NCBI GenBank assembly: GCA_011109175.1
Contig: RDEW01000026.1
Coordinates: 761,695 to 825,694, forward strand
DNA: 64,000 bases
Reading direction: 5' to 3'
Origin: Dicyema japonicum
Taxonomy: Eukaryota > Animalia > Dicyemida
Every line of letters starts with the position of its first letter. Positions within the stretch are counted from its first letter, which is position 1. The position numbers and the translations under genes were made by a program. Positions 1-12,464 of this stretch are shown piece by piece. The notes beneath the pieces were generated by a model. That model saw nothing but the letters and a program-made list of their open reading frames with translations. It did no database searches and was not told the origin of the DNA.

Positions 1-1039
1 CTAGATTTCACAGAATTTTTACTTAGTCCATTCAAATTGGCGATCTTTTCGATGCAATTTGTAGATAAAGATAGCTTTCTATGGAATATAAGTTTGGGAT
101 CACTTGACGTTCGTTAATGTTGACAGTGAGGCATCCATTTTCTCGATTGGAGGAAGATAAGCCATTAGTTTGATTTCAGTCGAATTTTGTGCTTTCTCTT
201 TGTTGATTTCTTCCTTTATATAAATATTTCTCAAAACCCATTTTGTCAACGCTTCCTTTATGGTAGTAGCCTTGCTCTAAGTTTTAATAGAAAACAGCCA
301 AACTACCATTTTATCAGCTGCTTAGCAACAATACTTTTAATTTATAAATGGACGAGTTAGAAGCGATGGATAATCATTTTTTAACTATTCTGTGATCTCA
401 CTGGCATTATACTCCTTCGAGTAATATAGTTAATCAAAATTCCAAATAAACATTATATTCGACTGCAACCAAAGTACACAATAAAATCAAAGTATTATCT
501 AAGAAGAATGAGATTGTACAAGTTGAAATCACTTCACAAAAAGCACCCAAACATACAGAGGTGAATAAGCTACACAAGTATGACCCACTCGCTGGATAAT
601 TGAGAATGTTATACGCCTGTGAGAATTATTCCTGTTGTTTTGACATGGGATATATTCAATCGGTGGTGTTAAAGAAAACATTAGAAAGTATTATTGTCGA
701 GCACAAAAGTCAAGAAACCAATTGAGGAAATCCTTTACGCGACTGGAAGAGTGGGAAACTCATTACACTGGCGAATAGATGAACCCGCAGTCTTGGAGAG
801 GTAGAAATCAGGTAGATGGCTGGTTAAAAGAATAAGGATACGCTAGTCTAGTCATAACTCTCATATTGTTAATTCTTAATGAAACTCATATTTTTCTCGA
901 TATCGTATTCCGAATCAAGTGCAAGAATTTATCATCTAAGAGCTGACACAAAATAGCATCATTTTCTTGATAAAATTTACAATTTGAGTTTATTTCATTA
1001 AAAGTAAGGTTTTATGAAAAGCATTGGAAGACATGTGTT

Positions 1040-1670
1040 AATAAAATTTTAATTTTTTCCAATCTGTATTAAAAATTGTGGCAAATTTAAAGATTGGTCA
1101 ATTTGCGAGGATTCACTCGCGGCTGTTCTTTTATTAACCATGTGGGTAGGATACCCATAATAATAATTTGGTGATTTTATTCCTCCTGTGAGCCGATCCA
1201 ACGGACTATATCTGTGCCAAGGATTCTGACAGCTTAATAGCAAATGTGACGAATAAATGATCTTTCAAAATTGCTTCTGTACTTCCTTCACTTCTGATCC
1301 TCGGCTTGCTTATAAGCATAACCTGAGTCCGAAAATAAATCGACCAAATTCTTTGGAGAGTATGTATCAAAACATGTAGCGTCCCAAACCAGGTTCCGCC
1401 CATTAACGAAAAAGAACGTTATCATCCCGTCAGGGACGTTTTTCATCGTCTACGGTGAGACCAGTCAGCTCCAAATGGAGTGATGGGCAGCAGAGGAAAG
1501 TGCGTTTTAACCTCTCGTTGAGACAGACATGAGTTGGTAAATGGCCCGGTCTCAATCTGTACGATAGTGGATAGTGGCCATAAAGATCGATCAAACGTTT
1601 ACAGCGACATTTTCCGCACACATTATTATCTTAGTCTCTCCACAGCCTACGCCCGATTACACTAATGAAT
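1040..1670 (-). mobile_element. Degenerate 3' part of a CRE-like non-LTR retrotransposon (zinc knuckle + restriction-like endonuclease)
   Basis: Minus-strand frames give CRCKRLIDLYGH..LS, HVCLNERLKR, DDEKRPDG and VWDATCFDT...AEDQK, i.e. the CCHC + RPD..WD.T RLE motif order. Frameshifted, with stops. Confidence 0.7.
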
Positions 1671-1767
1671 AGGATAAGAAAAATACTTTTCCTTGTTGTG
1701 CTGAATCGTATTTCAGGACTGTAAATGAGTTTTTGAATCCAAATCAAAGTGGATTCAGACCATAGTA

Positions 1768-2053
1768 TAGTATTTATAGCTCCGCATAGGCAGGACACAC
1801 ACTTTAAGTAAAGAACAGTTAATTTTAACTAATCGTAGAACCAAGGAATGATCTTCACTTTTTTTTTCTTGTGTGTGAATCCTTTCTAGACAATCCAGTT
1901 CCGCAGTGAGTATCCACTGAAGACGGCGTCACTCGTCAAACCCTTTTGGCATCATAGATGCGTGGAACCTTCCATTAGGTGAACAGCAGCGAAAATCGAA
2001 CCCGTAACCTAAGTCACTTTAGCCCGACATTTAACCACTATGCTACCCGGCTA
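1768..2053 (-). mobile_element. tRNA-derived SINE, full-length copy, adjoining an RTE-type RT fragment (about 1680-1765, LNPNQSGFRP)
   Basis: The minus strand starts TAGCCGGGTAGCATAGTGGTTA (A box) and has GGGTTCGATT (B box). Body and tail match the copies at 44654-44955, 61400-61683 and 12465-12650. Confidence 0.8.
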
Positions 2054-2167
2054 AGTATGATTGTTAACCAATAATAATATTTGTAGGTAAAACTGAAGAA
2101 ATAATATTAACAAAAATATTATTTAAAAATATATAAATAAAATAAAATATTAAAGATAATCCGCCAA

Positions 2168-3197
2168 ATGAAAATAGAGGATATTAAGGTAATCTGAATT
2201 AAATATGGAGAATGTGGTCGATTACTTAATCTCAATGATCCCTCCGGGGGAACACAAGCATATCGTTAATGGTAGTACTTAATTTCACAGTTAGACATAA
2301 CTGCCTTAATGAATAATGATGTTTCTTTAAAGTCTCTCATCTTCGAGTATTTCTTATGTGTATTGCAGGAGTCTCAAACTTTACCAAAGTCAGCAGTTCA
2401 CACAAGTTTCCGTGAAGGGACTGAAAAATAAAGTTAATATTTTTTGTAATTTTACAGGTTTTGCTGACCCCATACAACGGGATTCCAGATTCTACACGTT
2501 TTTTTGATCCCAGAAATAACAAATCTTTCGAGTTTGATGACTCTTCTAATTTAGTGTGGATGTGATCACTCTGAAGACAAATGATGTCAGATTAGAGAAT
2601 GTGAAATTGTTAGAACCATACCAGTCTCTCTTTCAGAAGAGCCTCGAGGAGTACGTTGAGACGTTCTATGATTCTGGAGAATTCCTTGTTGTTACCAGCA
2701 ATATGGATGACAAAATTTCAGTAAAGATATGCATCGAAAGTCACATGTTCAACGAAAACAACTTTCAGTTCACTCGGTCATAATCTCTAGAAACGCTAGG
2801 ATGAGAAATCAGTGGAATCTGTATATCGACGAGTTGAACTTTAAAGCAGAAATCACCGGTGAGACACGTGTTCAGGTAACTCTTAATATCATATGTAGAC
2901 TCACTACTATGAAAGTGGAAATGTGCAGCTGCTTTCCATTGCAAAACATAAATCTTCTGTCTCAGCTGAAGTAAACAGGAAAATTTATATTTTTAGAACG
3001 CAGAGAACTTGGTGAAGGTTGCTATTCAGAAGATCGTGGAATTTGAGACAAGCTACCAAAAGAACGTGAACGATAGTTTTCATATGATGTCGGAGAAAAT
3101 GTTCAAGTCTCTTCGAAGAGCACTTCCAATTACAAAGACTCTGTTTGACTGGAGTAAGGTTGGAGTCCACAAAGTTAATAAGGAATTGATAAAATAA
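2168..3197 (+). CDS. CAPZA: F-actin capping protein alpha subunit, 9 exons, 8 introns of 22-26 nt
   Basis: Spliced product: MKIEDIK/NVVDYLISMIPPGEHKHIVN/D...RFFDPRNNKSFEFD...CIESHMF...Q/THYYESGNVQLLS...FKSLRRALPITKTLFDWSKV. This matches the CAPZA motifs APPGE, FLDPR, CIESH, HYYEDGNVQL and FKALRRQLPVTRTKIDW. First intron is 2189-2210. Confidence 0.93.
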
Positions 3198-4199
3198 CTT
3201 AATTTAATTAAGGAATAATACTAACATTAGAGAATTATATTCACAAATCCGTATTAATAATCCACAAATCCTTTAACAATGTTGGGATTCTCAATGGGTT
3301 CCACAATTGACACAAATTAGCTAAAATTGGATTACAAAAGTATTTTATGTTAAGAGACTTCTATTAAACATAAAAGTTCTAAGGGTCCCTCCATGTCCTG
3401 ACTTTCTATCAGATCACTTTATCGGATCTCGCACGTGTTTGGAGTTTACGTTCTTAACCATTTTCCTTTAATTGATGGTAAATATAAATAATATAATTCA
3501 TAAACTGCCAATCTTGCTAATTATTTTTGTCTGACAAGTTAGTGGTTTATTGACCGAATTCTGAGGTGGTAACATTTATTAAATGAAATGTCTTTAATTT
3601 TTTCAAGATTGATGTAACCTCTTGTTTTAGTCTACCTTGGAACTAAGACCCACCAGAGACTTCGAGAACTGAATGGCGGGAGAAAGTAATATCCTGAGTA
3701 CACAAATCAAATTTTACTACAATAAATATGTGCGACAGATTTCATCAGTTTCTGTGAAAATTGAATTTACAGTTAATCGGATTTGTAAAATTATTTGTGA
3801 TATCCAATATTGTGATTTTGCTATCAATTTGTTTCACATCAAGAGTCGACTTTAAGGGCTTCAAACTATAGAGAAAAACTTCAACGCTCCAATAATTCCG
3901 ATTGCCTTTTTTACTCTTTTATTTTGATTACTAAAAAACATTACTGTTGTACAGTCTTGTAAGTATTTTAATTTCTCAATCCCAGTTCGCAAATTTGATT
4001 CATGAGAAAGCGCCCTCTTCACAACGAGCTATTCCTTATTGTTTCACATTATTATCTGTTCCTCTTTAAACAACGGAAATTAATGGATTCTTTGTGATTA
4101 AAGTTATCTACATCGTAAAAAAGTAAATTTATGTGCTCGATTCTGTGTTTGCAGTATTGATTTTTTAAATGAGGTATTGGTTTGATCAACCTTGACTGG

Positions 4200-4780
4200 A
4201 ACAGATGTTTATCGCCACTAAACTAACGAAATTTCCGATATCTCTCTTATTATTAACCTCAAAATGGAAGGAATTAGACTAATTAAGTGATCTCTTTGAG
4301 AGAAAAAAGTAGAGTCAAAGGTCACTCACAGAATATATGGATGATTATTGGATGTTTTTGAATAATCATAAAGGTTGATTTCTTTGTTAACCAAGTGGAA
4401 ATCGACAAGGAGCATTGAGAAAAAGGAATATAATTATAAGCTACCTGGATCGTTATGCGAAACAACTCTACCAAGTCAACTGAACTACCCGAACATGTCA
4501 ATCAGAAAGTAACAAGTATATTTGCGACGTTGGGTCGACTCATGGTGGAGAAATCCTGTTAATGATGATCTGCCACATCCTAGATTCTGAAACTGAAATG
4601 CTAGACTCCAAAAGGGACAAACTTCTTAATTTGCTCAAAGACAGAAGCGGATATTGTTGTACTTCAAATGTCCAATTGAAGAGAGTAAGGCCAAGAGGTA
4701 GCTTTCGAGATCTTTAAAGACGAGGTACAACGAATACTAGATACACAAAACGAAGATTCTCAAATTGCCTCTAATAATTT
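4200..4780 (+). mobile_element. Penelope-like element remnant (RT and GIY-YIG-like traces)
   Basis: Broken frames read YMDDYWMFLNN..., ...ISYLD and a later GYCC-type segment, resembling PLE RT (YxDD...FLD) followed by GIY-YIG. Heavily decayed. Confidence 0.35.
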
Positions 4781-4989
4781 GTATTCACTAATAATATGTG
4801 TTTCCCAACATAATTTTTAACCCAATGAGCTTAACCAATAAGAATTCGACCATCCTTTCATAACTTGATTAGCAAATTTTCTAGTGTACCTTAACCTAAG
4901 GTCCCCTCAAGGACACTAGTTTTGTTAAATCACCTAATATCATAAAAAATTAATATTGCCCTCCGTGGAAATCTCACTATATAACGTCA

Positions 4990-5330
4990 ACTAGATTTAT
5001 TGGAAAAACCAATTTTATTTAAACGCAAAAACTAACAGTTAACAACTGCTGGCTGCTTTCATAATTGAAAACGCATTTCACCTTACGATTTGCAAGAAAA
5101 TGCGCTCAATGAGCCAGCTCCTTACTCTCCTATCGTTTTTCTTTTTCGCCATGAGCGATCCTGTTTAGCAGGGTCAGTGACCTGCCTCCAATGATTCTCG
5201 TCGTTTCGACTGCCACTGTTTCCAAGATGAATTGTCCTCTAAGACATGCGTATTTTTTATCTTTAAGGTCTCGGCCTTCTCAGATGCAGATCTTAGGTCA
5301 GTTGCTGTCGCTGAAAGGTTGGAGGGAGAG
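4990..5330 (-). mobile_element. CRE-like retrotransposon 3' end
   Basis: Minus strand encodes VAVETTRIIG...WLIERIFLQIVR.NA. Its 3' UTR (CAGCAGTTGTTAACTGTTAGTTTTTGCG) is nearly identical to the copy at 56725-56810. Confidence 0.7.
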
Positions 5331-5529
5331 AAGCTATCGACACATGTGGGATCCCCCAGGCAAAGTATTTACCACTCTCCCGTGGGAAGAGAGTGGTTCC
5401 ATCCGGTCTTCGGTTGGCCTGAGCAAGTCCAGGCGGCTCCAATTGGACATGAAATCCGGCAGCATTATGTCCCCAAGCAATAACTCCATTTATTTATTTA
5501 ATAACCCCGGATACACCGAGAAGGAAGTT

Positions 5530-5805
5530 AAAGTAAACAACTAATTAAGTGTATCCAGTTTCCACTTCTACAGAGTCCATCAGGAATCAGCATAAAGGTA
5601 AGACGTCCATTACATGCAGTTGTGGAAACCCCTCCAGTGGAGTGGGGAAGAGCAAATGATCCTTCTTCATGCCGGCCTGGCACTGGGCGTCACCTAGACA
5701 GGTGGATCACATGACGCCACTCTATTAGGAAGAGAGAGGAGGAACAGACAAGCAAGTAGAAAAATTAAACCAATTAACCACGCAGCACCACATGGCGCCA
5801 CGCGA
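5530..5805. repeat. Dispersed ~280-bp repeat (copy A; copy B at 59729-60008), LTR-like or structured-RNA element
   Basis: Colinear, same-orientation similarity to copy B from AAAGTAAACAACTAATTAAGTGTATCCAGTTTCCACTT to CCACA(T/C)GGCG. Confidence 0.85.
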
Positions 5806-6030
5806 CAAATCCTAGTTTAAAATTGGTTTTTCCATTAAAAAAACTAGATTTATTCGTAGTTACTTTAATGAAATTAACATATCTAAAAAACTGCACGTGA
5901 TTTAATTATAGAGGGATATAAAAGAATCTTAATCTATAATCAATTAATGGGCAATCTACGTTTTTTTCACAACTCACGATTAACCCCTACTCTCCCTATT
6001 TCCTGAGTATGACCAAAAAGACTTGCCTGT

Positions 6031-7352
6031 TCAGTCTGTTCCGGAAATGACTAAACATCTCTCTGGTGTAAAGACTTTGTAAAAAAGACAAATACTTATA
6101 AAATCAGATAATATCAGAATTAGACTCAGACAACTCAAATTTGGGAATTTTATAGGCCATGCAATGCAAAGTTATAGATGCTGTCTTTAAGAAAAAGTTC
6201 AAATCCTCGTGACCCACTGTAGAAGTCCGAGTCAACCTCCACACTACATTTTCATCCTTACTAACCATTTCCACATTCAAACTCTAATATTAAGTTAGAT
6301 AGAACAACATTTCCCTTGTAAAGCGAGAAAAAGGACTTTCCACTCATCCCAAAGGTTTTGTAAGCCGAGACATTGTCTTTTACCATTCTGATGCTGTATC
6401 TAAAATACTGTCCAGTGATTTGTAAATATTTCTCTAAATTCTTGGATATTCCACTGAATATTGAGTCAATATCTTTAATAATCAAAAATTACAACTTCGA
6501 ATTCTGTTCCCTTCAAACAGATCCTCGCAGTCATCTATCAATCTCCATTTGCATTTCATCAATTTATTCGTCTTATTCTCCTCTTCGTGAAATCTTTTTG
6601 ACCGACAGAGCTCACTTCGACAACCAACAACCGATGATTGTCTTGAATTTGTCGAACTTTATACCTTGTGAGCCCGGATGTGTGAGATCCGCCTCCCCAC
6701 CTGTTTTTCCTGTAAGAATATTCCGTCCCCCTTCGAGTGCAGTAGTACTGTTGGATTACACGACCTGCAATCTCCCTGAGACAAATTCCCTGATGGAGAC
6801 TCAATGAAAACTGACTTCCTGAAGGGGATTCAATCACACTGACGACATAGCAGTGGTTTTCGCAGTTCTTCCAAAGAAACGCAGCGAAAACCAACAGAAA
6901 ATATAAAATCAGGTCAGAAAAGTATCTAAATTTTAAATTTCATGCTACATTACGTACACTGTCACGTGTGTGTAAGAAAAGGATAGATCAAAGACATAGA
7001 CGACATAGAGAACCCAGCCGGAGAACAAAACAGCGAATTCTAGCCATAAGAAGTTCCTTATCTTGGTTGATCGAGTTGAAGAAGAATTCAAGTTTGAATA
7101 GATGAGATAGTGGATTGGGAACATTAGCATAATTCGAAAAACGGAGCCAAACACGGAGACGAGACAATCTCCGTGGCATGTGAGAAATTCCTGGGGAATG
7201 TTCTTTTGGTAAATCCGTGGAATCAACAACATAAAAATAGGAGATAGGACAGTCGAGAAAATTGCCAAAATTTGCACCACTTTGACTATTTTTCTGCAGA
7301 GGGGTCGTTTGGGGGATATAATGTTGCTCTTGTTTGAATCTGAACATGACAT
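6031..7352 (-). CDS. Vang: Van Gogh/Strabismus planar-cell-polarity protein (4 TM), at least 4 short introns
   Basis: Spliced product has LSPIFMLLIP..TCHGDC, four hydrophobic segments, YVVSVIESPSG..IAGRVIQQYY, RFHEEE..KWRLIDDCEDLF, SIFSGISKNLEKYLQITGQ..GMSGKSFFSLY and FFLK..KIPKFELSE. These are colinear with the Vangl motifs VVRSTDG..ILEKYY, RARLVVAVEEAF, AIFASMARAMQKYLRTTKQ and KVPFFKLSEE. Confidence 0.8.
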
Positions 7353-8429
7353 GACAGATTCTGTCTAAATTGCAGTATTAATTTGATATAAATTATACAT
7401 GTTTGGGCAAATAAAACCAGCATGAGGCAACACTTTGAAAATAACTACTTTAACATAATTACCATTAGACAACAATAATTATCACCCCTGACAATTAAAA
7501 TTATTAAAGCTAATAAGCCAACAATAGTAACCATCATATTAAGAGATAAACAAGAGTTCAATATAAACTAAAAGCTATCAGTTTAAACAAATATTTATAA
7601 GTTAAAAGGTAAAAAGGTGCAAAATATGTATTTTATATATGGCAACGCTTTGAGGTGAAAATATAGTTATTTGGACGAAATCGAATAAAAATCGTTTTTG
7701 AGTTGCAATAAAAAGAAAAATTAATTAAGGTTAATTATATTCTTAAATAATAAAAAAATTATTGATTTAGAAAATTATTACATTTTTGATGGGAAGGGGG
7801 GATTCAATTTCACCACTTTCTTTCATTTTTCGGTATTTTTGATAAATTTGAGCACTGGAAGGTAAATTTCTTGCATTAAAAAATATCTGAAGAATTGTAT
7901 GGGACGTAACTTTTATGATTGGCATAACTAGACGCTTTCGGTGGTTGCATTCTATTAGTATAATTTAAATTTACACATTTTATTAACAAAAAACAATATT
8001 TTTAATTAAAGTAAAATTAATATAAATTTTTAAATAGTCGTAAAATAATTATCGACAGAATTCGCTGACATCAAAAATCAGCGAAAAATATAGAGTAAGC
8101 GAGCTCATTGGTGCCTCTTTCGTCGGAATGAGCTTCCAAGTTAAGTTTTTGAAAAAACTGTCCTCCACGGGTGTCACAAGTGTGACCAATGACATGTGAG
8201 CTCAGAAAATGCCTTTTCCTGGCAACTTTTTAACAGTCTTATGAGATAACTTTCCGCCCTGCATCTAGGAAGACTGATCGTCCCCTTCCTAGCAAGGTTA
8301 ATATGATCAGAAAGTGATTCTTGCCCATTGGTGTGCCAGAATGGCTCAGAAAGTCATTGATATTCTTTTTACTATGATGTTGCCAAGACTACTAAATGTA
8401 TAAGTCATTAAGTATCTCATCATTAATAT

Positions 8430-8720
8430 TGATATAGTAAATCATAATTTGGCAATCTGTCAAACTCTCAGCTGGAATAACTGTGCAAATATAACCAAAT
8501 ATACTAGTCGCAGTCGAAACTTCGGAGTCATAGGAAGCGTTAGCCCTGCTCAACAAAATTGGATCGTTAGTCGCTAAAAGGAGGAGGGATATCAGAGAAA
8601 AGGGCTGGCTCATTGAGCGCATCTCCTTACAGCTCGTAAGGGGAAATGCGCTCTCAATCCTGAGAGCAGCCAGTAGCCTTTAACTATTTGGTTTTATTCT
8701 TCAATAAATTGTTATTATTA
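8430..8720 (+). mobile_element. CRE-like retrotransposon 3' fragment
   Basis: Encodes VAVET..., WLIERISLQLVRGNALSI, homologous to 4990-5330. Confidence 0.7.
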
Positions 8721-8923
8721 AAAAATATATACTATAAACCACCGAAAAAGTAAAAATATAGAAATAATATTAAGTCGAGTTAAAATATATAATTCACCAA
8801 AAAAAGTTGTATTAACATGACGGCTGCAGCTAGAACTATGAAACTGGGACCATTATCGACCAGGAAGAGTACCTACGATCAGACTTTCCCCATCTCCCAA
8901 ACTATCCCTACTAATAAATCCTG

Positions 8924-9814
8924 TTAAAACAAGTAAGGATACTCCAATCCAAGCTTATGAGCTCTTCTAAGTAAACGATCCACCGGAAAGTCAAGAGGAA
9001 GCCCAGAAATAGTTCTAAATAGAGTGGAGAACTGGTCAGAATTGCTACAGAGCGGAATTATCTCATCTCTTCTATCACAAAGTGAAGCAACAACTAAGTA
9101 GATAGGAGTGTGAGTGGAGTCAGATTTGATTATATACTCAAAAATCCCAGCCAAAGAGTCTAAAGAGGCTGAGTGAGCAAACCACGTAAGAATAGATGCC
9201 ACAGCAAAATCAAAGGTCACATCGGCACTAAAGTCATTAATATTGATCACATTTTGAGAGACATGTATAATTCCCTGTCCACGGTCCTCAAAAACGCCAA
9301 CCAAGTTAATGGCCCTCATTGTCCCCCCGAAATCGCTGTCCATAAAATTTCTACTGTTAGATTAGTCAAATTACCTAAAACGGGTCACAGTTAGATTTCT
9401 GACCCACGTGGTAGGTGATATCCTGATCCATGAGGAGGAGGTAAATAATTGTGACTACCTCATGGTATCCCTTAATGCTGAAGTATTCTACCTGAAAGTA
9501 GTTGAGGTCACTGTTTAGGGTGAGTATCTTCATGATGATGTCGAGGACAATATCCCTGATGCCCTCTCTGTTTTCTTCAGGAACATCTTTGTTGAGCAAC
9601 ACTGATACCCCTCAACAAGTAGTGAGTCCTTCTGACATCCAGGGACACCATCTCATGTATTCTATGCCTCTCATCGTCTGCAATTTTAATCCCATGAACC
9701 TGTGATGTAGTAGAGACTGTCCTCAATGTAACACCTGGTGATGAGAGGCCAAATAAGACGCCTCCGTTTAATTGCAAACAAATCAGCATTCGACGAGTCC
9801 AATAGTGAGGTCAT
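8924..9814 (-). CDS. TBC1D20: TBC-domain Rab GAP, TBC1D20/Gyp8 type, several short introns (start approximate)
   Basis: RRRLIWPLI, EMVSLDVRR, LNYFQ/GYHEV, ASILTWFAH, HTPIYLVVA and LPLDFPVDRLL match TBC1D20 motifs (YYQGYHDI, SWLITWFGH, PIYFAA). Confidence 0.8.
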
Positions 9815-10099
9815 TCCATAATTGCCAACGTAAGTAGAATGCTAGCTAATATAATTTAAATTTTTTATTTTAATAATAGTTGTTTAATCCATTACAATAT
9901 CTTTTATTTTAAGAACACCTTTAAGCTGAGTAAAAGAAAAAATGTTTGCGTGGCGCTCAGTGTGGAAAGACACCGAAAAGAACCATTTTCTCTTCCTTAT
10001 CCGGTATAATCTTATGTCTGGATGGTATATCTCAACTCGGAATGTGAGGCATTGCTTGCTCTTCTGGAGACATTGAACAAAACCCAGGGCCAAAACCCT

Positions 10100-10620
10100 T
10101 CATTATTATGCAACTTAATGCTAACGGTATAAAAACTTTTTACGCATGACGAGGTTAAACAGGCATTAAGATTCGTGAAGTCAAATACGTCTAATCCAGA
10201 TGGTATTCCTGGAATTCTGCTAAAGTATCTTGAAGAGATTCCAATCATATCGATTACTTTAATTTTTAATTTGTCATCAAACACGAACTCTATCCATAGT
10301 AAATGGGAGAACTATCATATCTGTCTTGAAAACAAGACAACCGAAAGCCTTACCTTTATCTTAGCGTTCAATATCCCTAACCAGTGCGCTATCGTGCCTA
10401 ATAAAAAACTCATGCTTTCGAAAATTAAACCTCATTTGCCCTTTTGTCTCTATCAACACGGATTCAGATCTAAACTTTCTACAAAACAAAATCAACTTAT
10501 TTGACAAATTTATCTCGGAAGGCTTCAATGAATCCAAGCGACAACTACGGACAGTATTAGTCTCGTTAGACATTTAAAAAGCGATTGATTCAGTCCTGAG
10601 AATCCGACAACGAAAAAGGT
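10100..10620 (+). mobile_element. Degenerate LINE RT fragment
   Basis: NPDGIPGILLKYL and YQHGFRSKLST RT motifs, with stops. Confidence 0.7.
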
Positions 10621-10819
10621 CTTCAACACCTCCATTCATCCAACTTCAAAAAGATAGATAGCCAATTTTCCTAGCGGAAGAAGAGGACGTTTGTATAATC
10701 ATTTAAGATTGAGATCTTGTCTCTTCCAGAGCTGTTAGTTAGTTGAAGCACATTCTTGTTATCAGTAAACAATGTTTATGATTTCGCTTGTGCCATGTTT
10801 TTCGACAATCCTTTCTGTT

Positions 10820-11280
10820 AGTCTTCTCCATCCCCTTCGTTGTCGTGCTCACCTCTTGATTTCGTCCAGATCATCTGCATCTATCAGTCGGCCCCTGATC
10901 GTAGCATAATCTTCCGCAAGTATCCTGGGAAGACAACTTATTTTACGTCTTCTGAATGTAGAAGATACGGTATGGCCTAAAAATTCCTCCATGGCGACAT
11001 TCCATAATGTCTGTTCACACATCCGTAGAATATGTCCAAAAAGGCGCCAGTGGGCTTCAAGTAGGTTCAGACTTATTGGACCACAATCTGTCAGTCTGTG
11101 TAATTTATTGTTTGAGATTTTCTTTGGCCAAGAGTATCCAAGGAGTTTTCTTAGTTGGCCTATATGAAATAAGTCGAGTTGTTCCATGTCATTTTTGACG
11201 TTCCCCAAGTACCTGCGTTGTACTTGAGGACTGGACGGGCAAATCCATTATATAAGAAGATATATTTTACATTTCCCTAA
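10820..11280 (-). mobile_element. RTE-like LINE 3' fragment
   Basis: LDLFHIGQLRKLLG..WP and WRLFGHILR; homologous to the C-terminus of ORF 22324-25290. Confidence 0.8.
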
Positions 11281-11889
11281 ATTACGTCAATATTTATAAT
11301 AATCAAGTCATAAATAAAACTTATTTCGAAAATGCTGTTTCGTATATGAATCTTTTAAAGATAGGTTCAAAATTAATGTTTAAATATAGGTTTCAGGATT
11401 AAAGAAAAGGCTATCGTTTGTTATAAATCCTCTATGTGCTATAAAGAACACTGAATTTATTGCCATTTGAAATTAACGCAACTGAGTTTGAAATGCGACT
11501 TGTAAAGATTTATGGGCATCAAAATTTATTCGTCTTTCTAAAGAACTTGAAAACCTGGAAAAGAAGAATTATTTTGTAGAATGCAAAAACAGCATTATTG
11601 ATATAAAACTGGAGAAACATAAAGATATCATTTTCAAATCTTGGAATACCCTTCCGGATTTTTTTTGAATTAAAAAAAATTTGCCTAAGAATTTCAACAA
11701 TATTTGGATCCACATATATTTATCACATATGAATTATATCAAATCTAAGTTTAGGTACAAAATTACAGACTCTAATCTAGAATCAAACCTCAAATTAAAA
11801 TTGACTAGTTACGACCTAGGCATCTGACAACTGTCGAATGAAATGAGGATTCATATCTCTCATTATGAGACTTTCATTAATTTTATTTT

Positions 11890-12440
11890 TTTGAAATGAT
11901 TTCCTTAATAATTATTGGACTTTTGATTATGATAAGTGGTAAGCGATATGCCGCGCCGATCTTCGCCTTCGGTGACGGTCGTCCTTGATAAATTTCCCGG
12001 AAGCACGAATGAGCGGTAATCTGCCGGAGGACATGGATGTTTTCGTCTGAGTAGTTCAAGCACCTCAGACGTCACAGCCATGACAGCATCATTGCTGGCA
12101 ACGACGCTCAACGCCGCTCGGACGTCGCCTTCAAATAGTTTACGATTTACTCTCTCCTAGTTTGTCCGGGCCATTCAAAAAAGCCGGAGGATTGGAATCA
12201 GGATGTTTTGGTTTCATGACTTCCGTCTCGGTCAGAGAATGGACATAGAAAACCTGGATGTTCTTCGTCATTTTTGAGGAAAGGGAGTTCCCAAGTGTCG
12301 TACTTTCTCATGTGTTCTGTTGATCTCCTTCTGAGTCGGTAAATGGAATTCCAAGTGCCATCGGGGCAAAACTGAGTAGCCTTCTGGTCGTCGGACGTGA
12401 GAGCATGGATTTTTATTAAATATAATTTATACAATTTTTA
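11890..12440 (-). mobile_element. CRE-like element, pre-RT fragment
   Basis: GDVRAALSVVASNDAV...LELLRRKHP, typical of the region just upstream of CRE-type RT. Confidence 0.5.
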
Positions 12441-12464
12441 ATGCACGTTACTAGGAGCCATATT

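Noticed and set aside
5667-5680. Exact match to the HDV genomic ribozyme 5' end (GGCCGGCATG, minus strand)
   Set aside because: Not conserved in copy B and has no P1 partner. It is a coincidence within the P4 hairpin of the proposed fold.
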